13,149 nucleotides of DNA. Source: Verrucomicrobiales bacterium. Lineage in GTDB: Bacteria; Verrucomicrobiota; Verrucomicrobiia; Verrucomicrobiales; SLCJ01. Each line of letters begins with the position of its first letter. Position 1 is the first letter of the stretch. This document shows positions 6,669 to 13,149 of this stretch, one piece after another. Under the pieces are notes generated by a model. That model did no database searches and was not told the origin of the DNA. It saw only the letters and a list, made by a program, of their open reading frames with translations. Both the position numbers and the translations under genes were made by a program. The DNA is taken from assembly GCA_046075565.1 (NCBI GenBank), contig JBJTQJ010000035.1, positions 1-13,149 of the forward strand, given 5' to 3'.

Positions 6669-7628
6669 ATGATTGAAGTCAACGACCTGCACAAGCACTT
6701 CGGCCACAAACGCGCCGTCAACGGTATCTCCTTCAAAGTGAACCAGGGCGAAGTCCTAGGTTTCCTCGGCCCCAACGGTGCCGGCAAGTCCACCACCATG
6801 CGCATCATCACGGGTTACCTCCAGGCCATTTCCGGCTCGGTGACCATCGGCGGGCATGATGTCTCGACCCATCCGGAAGACGCAAAACGCCTAATCGGAT
6901 ATTTGCCGGAGAGCGCCCCGCTTTACACCGACATGTCGGTATCCTCGTTCCTCGGCTTCTGTGCGGAAATGCGTGGACTGCGCAGCCGGGCGATCAAGGA
7001 AGCGACGGAACGGGTAATCGAAATGTGTTTCCTCGAAAAAGTCCGCCATCAGAGCATCGACACCCTTTCCAAGGGTTATCGTCACCGGACTTGCCTGGCG
7101 CAGTCCCTCATCCACGATCCGGCCGTGCTCATTCTTGACGAACCGACGGACGGACTCGACCCGAATCAGAAACACGAGATCCGCACCTTGATTAAGGAGA
7201 TGGGCAAAACGAAGACCATCATTTTCTCCACCCACATCCTCGAGGAAGTCGAAGCCGCCTGCTCGCGGGCTATCATCATCGACCAAGGAGTGATTGTCGC
7301 CGACGGCACTCCGTCCCAATTGCTCCTCCGCTCCCCCAACGCGGGCCACATCCATTTCCGCATCCGCGGTCTCGCCGGTTCCGGCATCGCCGCCGAGATC
7401 AAGAAACTCGGCCCCTGTGCCGATGTCGAATCCATCGAAGCGGGCGAATCGCATCTCGTCGGCCGCGCCATCCCGCGCAAGGCGGAACTCGGGAAAGACC
7501 TTGCCGCCGCCATTTCCGAACTTTGCCGCTCCCGCGCGCTTGTGCTGGAGAGCCTGCACGAAGATACCGGCAAACTCGACGAGTTCTTCCGCCACATCAC
7601 CAGCGGCGATACCGGTCGCGCCGCCTGA
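6669..7628 (+). CDS. ABC-2 type ATP-binding protein, GldA-like (319 aa)
   Basis: Walker A GPNGAGKST, signature LSKGYRHR, Walker B ILDEPTDGLD and H-loop STHILEE. Start placed at ATG 6669 (MIEVNDLHKHFG). Confidence 0.93.
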   Translation: MIEVNDLHKHFGHKRAVNGISFKVNQGEVLGFLGPNGAGKSTTMRIITGYLQAISGSVTIGGHDVSTHPEDAKRLIGYLPESAPLYTDMSVSSFLGFCAEMRGLRSRAIKEATERVIEMCFLEKVRHQSIDTLSKGYRHRTCLAQSLIHDPAVLILDEPTDGLDPNQKHEIRTLIKEMGKTKTIIFSTHILEEVEAACSRAIIIDQGVIVADGTPSQLLLRSPNAGHIHFRIRGLAGSGIAAEIKKLGPCADVESIEAGESHLVGRAIPRKAELGKDLAAAISELCRSRALVLESLHEDTGKLDEFFRHITSGDTGRAA

Positions 7629-7680
7629 TCTGGCGTCTGTATCATTCCCACGAAATCCTTTACCCCTTTCTCCTACCGAC

Positions 7681-8415
7681 ATGCGCAACATCTGGACTGT
7701 CTACAAACGCGAGCTACTGGCTTTCTTCAATTCGCCGGTGGCCTATGTGATCATCATCGCTTTCCTCCTGCTCTCGGGAGCCTTCGCCTTCGGATTCGGT
7801 TTCCTGCTGGAAGCCGGTGACGCCTCTCTCGCCGAAGCCTTCTTTGTCTGGCACCCGTGGTTCTTCGTGGTGCTCGCGCCTGCCGTGGGAATGCGCCAAT
7901 GGGCCGACGAAAATCGACTCGGCACGATCGAGTTGTTGCTCACCATGCCGGTGAAGCCATGGCAGGCCATCCTCGGTAAATATTTCGCCGCCTGCACGGT
8001 CTGGCTCATCGCCATCGCCCTCACCTTCCCCATCTGGTGGACGGTGAACTACCTCGGCGATCCGGACAACGGCACCATCTTCGCAGGATACATCGGAAGT
8101 TTCCTCGTCTGCGCGACCTGCCTCGCCATCACCACCGCCATCTCCGCCTCCACCCGCAACCAGGTCGTCTGTCTGATTGTATCGGTGGTGGTTTGCCTCG
8201 CCCTTGCCGTGGTGGGCTTCGAGCCGCTGGTGCGCCTGCTCTCAAAATCACTGGAACCTTCGACCGTGTCTTTCATCACCAGCTTCGGATTCTTCACCCA
8301 CTTCACCGACATTACCCGCGGCGTCCTCGTGCTGCGCGATATTGTTTATTTCCTGTCCATCATCGTGGCCTGCCTCATCGCCACCAGCGCGATTCTCCGC
8401 GCCAGCCGTGCTTGA
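7681..8415 (+). CDS. ABC-2 type permease, GldF-like (244 aa)
   Basis: MRNIWTVYKRELLAFFNSPVAY, MRQWADENRLGTIELLLTMPV, STRNQVV and RGVLVLRDIVYF, with about six TM helices. Start placed at ATG 7681. Confidence 0.92.
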   Translation: MRNIWTVYKRELLAFFNSPVAYVIIIAFLLLSGAFAFGFGFLLEAGDASLAEAFFVWHPWFFVVLAPAVGMRQWADENRLGTIELLLTMPVKPWQAILGKYFAACTVWLIAIALTFPIWWTVNYLGDPDNGTIFAGYIGSFLVCATCLAITTAISASTRNQVVCLIVSVVVCLALAVVGFEPLVRLLSKSLEPSTVSFITSFGFFTHFTDITRGVLVLRDIVYFLSIIVACLIATSAILRASRA

Positions 8416-8460
8416 GCCATTACCAAAGCCCACCGAACGCCATACCATTTCCCCGTTGCC

Positions 8461-10344
8461 ATGAAAAAGTCCTTTTCCGTGCTTCCCGCCGCCATCGCCG
8501 GCATCGTGTTGCTGGTCATCATCCTCATCGGAGCGAATATCTTTGTCGGTTCGACCCGCGCCGGTGCCAACCGCCTCGACCTGACCGAGAATCAAATCTA
8601 CACCCTCTCCGATGGAACGAAAAAAATCCTCGCCGGTCTCGACACTCCGGTGACCATTCGTTTCTACTTCACCGAAGGCAGCCGCGCTCTTCCCAGGGCA
8701 GTGAAGCTCTACGCGACCCGCGTGAAGGATTTCCTCCGCCAGTATGAAACCTACGGCAAAGGAAAGGTGACTTTCGAAAGCATCGACGTTCAACCGGATA
8801 CCGATGCCGAAGACCAAGCCCGCACCGATGGTTTGCGTTCCCAGGATGTGAGCGTGTCGGAGTCGGTTTACTTCGGCGCCGCCGTCTCCTGCCTCGATCG
8901 CAAGGAAACCCTACCCCAACTCGACCCCAATCAGGAGTCTCTGCTCGAATATCAAATCTCCCGTGCCATCACGCAGGTCGTGCGCGCCCAGAAACCGAAA
9001 CTCGGATTGCTTTCCGGACTCCCCATCGTCGGCAATGGCATGCCTCCGCAAATGGGTGGCCAGCCGGGCTGGCTCATCCACCGCCAGCTTTCACAGGACT
9101 ACGAAATGGTCGAAGTCGCGCCTGATGTGAAAGAAATCCCGGCGGGGCTCTCCGCCCTGCTGGTCGTTCACCCGGCGATGATTTCGCCGGCAACGGAATT
9201 CGCCATCGACCAATACCTGCTCAAAGGCGGCAAGGCGGCGATTTTCCTGGACGCCCACCACTACTTCAGCCAGAACCAGCCCCAGAACCCGATGATGCCA
9301 TCGCCGCAGACGCCGACCGCATCCACCCTTCCGACGCTGCTCAAGGCCTGGGGATTGACTTTCGAATCCGGTCTTGTCGTTGGTGATTCCCGCTTCCGCT
9401 TCAGCCAGGGCGACCGCGTTCTCACCGGCGTGTCGTCCTTCAGCGGAGAGGAATCCATCGAGACCAAGGACCCCGTCACTTCTCAGCTCGACAATGTCTT
9501 CATGATTCTCCCGGGAGGTTTCTCCGGCGAACCGAGTGCTGGAATCCACAAAAACGTCCTCGTTCGCTCGAGCACCAACACGCAACTCTTCGACCCGATG
9601 CGCGCAAGCCAGTTCGAGCAGGGACTGCTCACCTCGGCTCCCGTGCAAAGCCAATCCTACGACATGGTCCTGCGCCTCTTCGGGCGCTTTTCCACCGCCT
9701 TCCCGAATGGACGCCCCGGCGCGCCGGCGGCCGAACCCGGAAAAGAGGGCGAGAAGAAGGATGAAACGCCCGCGCTCAAGGAACCGACCGGCGAAGGTGC
9801 TGTGGTGCTTTTCGCGGATGTTGACATGATCACCGACAATGGCGCCTTCCAGCCGAACCCGCTTTTCCCCCAATACCCAATGCCCTTCAATGGCAATTTC
9901 TCGCTGGCCCTCAATGTCCTCGAACAATTGGCCGGCGATGCCAACCTGATCGGTGCCCGCAGCCGCCCGTCGAGCCGGAGACCGTTCAAGGTGCTTGAGG
10001 AAATGCAAGCCGCCGCCGAGCAGAAATTCAGCGGAGAGGTCAGTGGCCTTCAGAAAAAGGCCGAGGCAACCCAGGAAGAGATCAACAAGATGGCCCAAGC
10101 GCAGGGCGGTGAAGATGGCCGCTTCGTCTTGACCAAGGAAATGCGCGACAAAGTGGACGCCCTGAACAAGGAACTCGTCGAAGGCAACAAACGCCTCCGC
10201 TCGATCCAGAAGTCGATGGTGAAGGAAAAGGACCAACTCGAATCAAAGTTGATCTGGGCGAACATCCTTATCATTCCCCTGCTCGTGGCCATGGTCGGCA
10301 TTGCCATCGCCGCCTACCGCCGCCAGCGCACGGCCGCGCGTTGA
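8461..10344 (+). CDS. GldG-family ABC transporter auxiliary protein (GIFT domain), 627 aa
   Basis: N-terminal TM, RLDLTENQIYTLSDGTKKIL, LEYQISRAI, AIDQYLLKGGK, VVLFADVDMI, a coiled coil and a C-terminal TM. Confidence 0.92.
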   Translation: MKKSFSVLPAAIAGIVLLVIILIGANIFVGSTRAGANRLDLTENQIYTLSDGTKKILAGLDTPVTIRFYFTEGSRALPRAVKLYATRVKDFLRQYETYGKGKVTFESIDVQPDTDAEDQARTDGLRSQDVSVSESVYFGAAVSCLDRKETLPQLDPNQESLLEYQISRAITQVVRAQKPKLGLLSGLPIVGNGMPPQMGGQPGWLIHRQLSQDYEMVEVAPDVKEIPAGLSALLVVHPAMISPATEFAIDQYLLKGGKAAIFLDAHHYFSQNQPQNPMMPSPQTPTASTLPTLLKAWGLTFESGLVVGDSRFRFSQGDRVLTGVSSFSGEESIETKDPVTSQLDNVFMILPGGFSGEPSAGIHKNVLVRSSTNTQLFDPMRASQFEQGLLTSAPVQSQSYDMVLRLFGRFSTAFPNGRPGAPAAEPGKEGEKKDETPALKEPTGEGAVVLFADVDMITDNGAFQPNPLFPQYPMPFNGNFSLALNVLEQLAGDANLIGARSRPSSRRPFKVLEEMQAAAEQKFSGEVSGLQKKAEATQEEINKMAQAQGGEDGRFVLTKEMRDKVDALNKELVEGNKRLRSIQKSMVKEKDQLESKLIWANILIIPLLVAMVGIAIAAYRRQRTAAR

Positions 10345-10385
10345 CCCCCGCTTCACCACCGGAATAATCATTTCTCCTTCCCGCC

Positions 10386-11813
10386 ATGTCCCGCAAATCA
10401 CTCCTCATTCTCCTCGTTGTCGCCCTGGTGGTCGGCCTCGCCGCCATTCTGTCAAGGCCGGATAACAATCCGAAAGCCACTGCTGGCACCCGAGCACCGG
10501 GCACCAAACTGCTGGCTGGACTCGATCCTTCCGCCATCGCGGCCATCACCATCTCCACCCCGGATGGCAAGGTCACGGTCAATCGCGGGGAAAAAGATGT
10601 CTGGACGGTCGCCGAACGTGATGGCTACCAGGTTGATGCCTCCCGGCTGTCCGGACTGGTCAGCGGTTTGCTCGATCTGAAAGTGCTGCAAGTCCAGCAA
10701 GCCGGGCCGTCGCAGTATCCACGCCTGCACCTCGTCGATCCCGCGTCGACCGACGATAAAATCAGCAAAGAGCAGAAAGGCACGGTCGTGCGTATCCTCG
10801 GGCAAAAGGACAAATCCCTGGCGGAGATTGTTTTTGGCAAAGCCCCGCAGTCTGGATCCGCCGATCCCATGGCCGCGATGATGGGCGGCGGCGGTGGCGG
10901 TCCCGGCGGGAAGTTCGCCCGTATCGCGGGTGAAGAAAACTCCATTTACCTGCTCGACCAGAGCCCCTTTCAGGCAACCGGGAATCCCGCCGACTGGGTC
11001 GATAAAAAGTTCCTCCAACCGGGCAGCTTCAAAAAATTCACCATCGCCGGTGGCGAAGGATTCCAAGGCTGGGAAACCAGCCGCGACAAAGCGGATGGCA
11101 CCTTCGTTCTCAAAGACGCGCCCGCCGGCAAGCAACTTTCGGCCGCCACCAACTCGGCGCTCACATCCTTCCTCAGCTACGCCCAAGCCGCCGATGTGCT
11201 TACCAAGGCGGATGTTGAAACCCTTGATCGCAAGGGCAGTCGCAATGTGAAGGCGGAAACCTTCGACGGCTTGATGTATGATTTCACCCTCACTCCCCTG
11301 CCCCCGAAAGAAGGCGACACTTCTGGCAGCGCTTACGCCGTCGAGAGTAAAATCAGCGGCAACTACACCGAACCCGCTCCCGCCGCAGGTGCGAAGAAAC
11401 CCGAAGAGATGAGCGAGGAGGAGAAGAAAGCCGATGCCGATAACAAAGCGGCGGCACGCAAGGCATGGGATGAGAAACTCGCCCGCGAACAAGCCCTGGC
11501 AAAGACCTCCTTCAAACTCAATTCCAGCACCGTGGAAGCGGTTTGGAAAGCCGGCAACGAAGTGTTGGAAGACATTCCCACTCCCCCGCCCGCTCTCGAA
11601 GGAACACCTCCGGAAATGCTGACACCTCCCGCCGAAGGCGCTCCCGCCTCCGGGCCGGCTACCGCCACCACCCCACCCATTTCAGTAACCACAGAACCGA
11701 TTGAAGTCCCTGGCGCAGGAGCAGAAATTACGGCAGCACCGAAAGAGGAAAAGCCGCAGGCAGCAAAGGGAAAAACCGAGGGCGATCCGAAGAAGGAAGA
11801 ATCCGCCCCGTAG
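10386..11813 (+). CDS. DUF4340-like membrane-anchored periplasmic protein (475 aa)
   Basis: N-terminal anchor, WTVAERDGYQVD, EIVFGK, ADWVDKKFL and ETFDGLMY. Position after gldG is typical. Pro/Ala/Glu-rich C-terminal tail. Confidence 0.82.
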   Translation: MSRKSLLILLVVALVVGLAAILSRPDNNPKATAGTRAPGTKLLAGLDPSAIAAITISTPDGKVTVNRGEKDVWTVAERDGYQVDASRLSGLVSGLLDLKVLQVQQAGPSQYPRLHLVDPASTDDKISKEQKGTVVRILGQKDKSLAEIVFGKAPQSGSADPMAAMMGGGGGGPGGKFARIAGEENSIYLLDQSPFQATGNPADWVDKKFLQPGSFKKFTIAGGEGFQGWETSRDKADGTFVLKDAPAGKQLSAATNSALTSFLSYAQAADVLTKADVETLDRKGSRNVKAETFDGLMYDFTLTPLPPKEGDTSGSAYAVESKISGNYTEPAPAAGAKKPEEMSEEEKKADADNKAAARKAWDEKLAREQALAKTSFKLNSSTVEAVWKAGNEVLEDIPTPPPALEGTPPEMLTPPAEGAPASGPATATTPPISVTTEPIEVPGAGAEITAAPKEEKPQAAKGKTEGDPKKEESAP

Positions 11814-11960
11814 GATGATGCCAAAGTGGACGAGGAAGAGCAATTGCCCACGCGCTAATCGCACGCTGGGCCGGTTGGGTGAGCGTCCAATGGTGAAGTG
11901 AGCCGTAGAGATCTGGACGGTGCGGCACGGCCTTCCTACGAATTCGCTAGCAGATCAAAC

Positions 11961-13148
11961 TCACCCTGGCGTTTCATATTCCAGTCTTGCCGCGAAGTGA
12001 CCATCGCAACCGGAATCCGGAAAACCACTCGAGCGGGTAGTTGTGAGTGTCCATCCGGGATGGCGCTCGAAAAAGGCCGCGATCTGATCTTCGTTTTCCT
12101 CCGGCTCGACACTACATGTGCTATAGATGAGGCGTCCTCCGGGGCGGACTTTGGCGGCGACGGCGTCGAGCAGGGCGGATTGCAGTCTGGTGGCGCAAGC
12201 GAGCGATTCGGCATCAAACCGCCAACGCGCCTCGATGCGGCGGCGGAGCACACCCGTGTTGGTGCAGGGCGCGTCGAGAAGAACGGCATGCACCAGCGGA
12301 ATGTCGGCAATAGACTCGGGATTTGTCCAATCAACGGCCGTGCACTCGACGGCGGGCACACGCCAGCGGCGGAGATTTTCCTGGAGGCGAGGCAGGCGCG
12401 GCGCGAGGTCGCAGGCGATGATGCGGGCAGAGTCCTCACCGCCGCCATTTTTCATAAAGGCGATTTCCGCGAGGTGCCGGGTTTTTCCTCCGGGGGAAGC
12501 ACAGGCATCAAGGATGGTTTCACCGGGATTTGGATCGAGCAACTCCGTTGCCAACGCAGCTCCGGGGTCTTGCACGGCAACCATTCCGCCAGCCAGCCAT
12601 TCATCCGGAAGGTGCTCGTCGGAGTGGAAGAAACCCGGATGGCCGGCGATGGCATGAACTCCGGGCGCGGAGTCGGGCTCGCCCTTGCTAAAAAACGCAT
12701 TGAACCGGAACGCGAGGCGGGCGGTTTCCACCGAGGCAAGAGCGAGCCGGCTGGCAAGATCCTCTCCGTGATTTTTTTCCCAATGCGCCCAGAGGGTATC
12801 GGAAAGGTGATAACGAATGGCCGGAGGCGCGGCGGCGGCCCACTGGTCGAGGACATCCGGCTCGCGGACGGCGCGGCGGAGCAGGGCATTGACGAAGCCG
12901 CGGGAACGATGCGGGGCGATGCGCATGATGCTATCAACCGCCGCATGCACGGGCACCCTCGAATACCGAAGTTGGGCGAGACCGAGCCGGAGCAGGTCGC
13001 GGGTGGTGCCATCGAGTTTCCTTGATCCGGGCTTTTTCCCATCCGGCGCGGCCAAATGGTCGATCCACAGGTCGAGCAAACGGAGGTGGCGAACCACTTG
13101 TTCGGCAAGGCGACGGGCGAGGGCCGCGTCCCGCGGGGAAAGTCCGGT
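11961..13148 (-). CDS. rsmB: RsmB/Sun (NOL1/NOP2) 16S rRNA m5C methyltransferase, 5'-truncated by the window edge
   Basis: NusB-like N-terminal part (LLRLGLAQL, GFVNALLRR), VQD, LDACASPGGKT, LLDAPCTNTG and LIYSTCS. The frame stays open to the window end (TGLSPRDAALARRLAEQVVRH), so the true start is outside the window. Confidence 0.9.
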   Translation of the reverse strand, partial: TGLSPRDAALARRLAEQVVRHLRLLDLWIDHLAAPDGKKPGSRKLDGTTRDLLRLGLAQLRYSRVPVHAAVDSIMRIAPHRSRGFVNALLRRAVREPDVLDQWAAAAPPAIRYHLSDTLWAHWEKNHGEDLASRLALASVETARLAFRFNAFFSKGEPDSAPGVHAIAGHPGFFHSDEHLPDEWLAGGMVAVQDPGAALATELLDPNPGETILDACASPGGKTRHLAEIAFMKNGGGEDSARIIACDLAPRLPRLQENLRRWRVPAVECTAVDWTNPESIADIPLVHAVLLDAPCTNTGVLRRRIEARWRFDAESLACATRLQSALLDAVAAKVRPGGRLIYSTCSVEPEENEDQIAAFFERHPGWTLTTTRSSGFPDSGCDGHFAARLEYETPG

Positions 13149-13149
13149 G

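Noticed and set aside
10882..10908. GGC repeat tract encoding GGGGGGPGG as a contingency locus
   Set aside because: Short, imperfect, in-frame trinucleotide run encoding a flexible loop. Length change would not switch phase.
11898..13025. 375-aa plus-strand ORF, and similar long antisense ORFs at 2173-2997, 9091-10236 and 10452-11492
   Set aside because: Antisense shadows of well-supported genes in high-GC DNA.

Overview
GC-rich bacterial window, most likely Verrucomicrobiota. That is an inference from an SHD1-like secreted protein, a GldA/F/G-DUF4340 operon, a short GluRS and pyrimidine-rich leaders without Shine-Dalgarno sites. Positions 1-2008 are an apparently full-length IS1634-family element with perfect 21-bp terminal inverted repeats and an extra 16-bp subterminal direct repeat. 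Its transposase is split by a 1-nt frameshift in a G5 run. The IS sits inside the permease gene of a minus-strand NitT/TauT (SsuA/THI5-like) ABC importer operon. The substrate-binding gene of that operon is also split by a 1-nt frameshift in an A4 run, and its promoter is covered by a palindromic operator-like site. Next come a secreted SHD1-like/CxxC hypothetical protein (-), gltX, yajC, a secreted EF-hand protein, a four-gene GldA-GldF-GldG-DUF4340 ABC exporter-like operon (+) and a convergent RsmB/Sun methyltransferase that runs off the window end. No rRNA, tRNA or CRISPR array was seen. All family calls come from motif recognition by eye, not from database searches.
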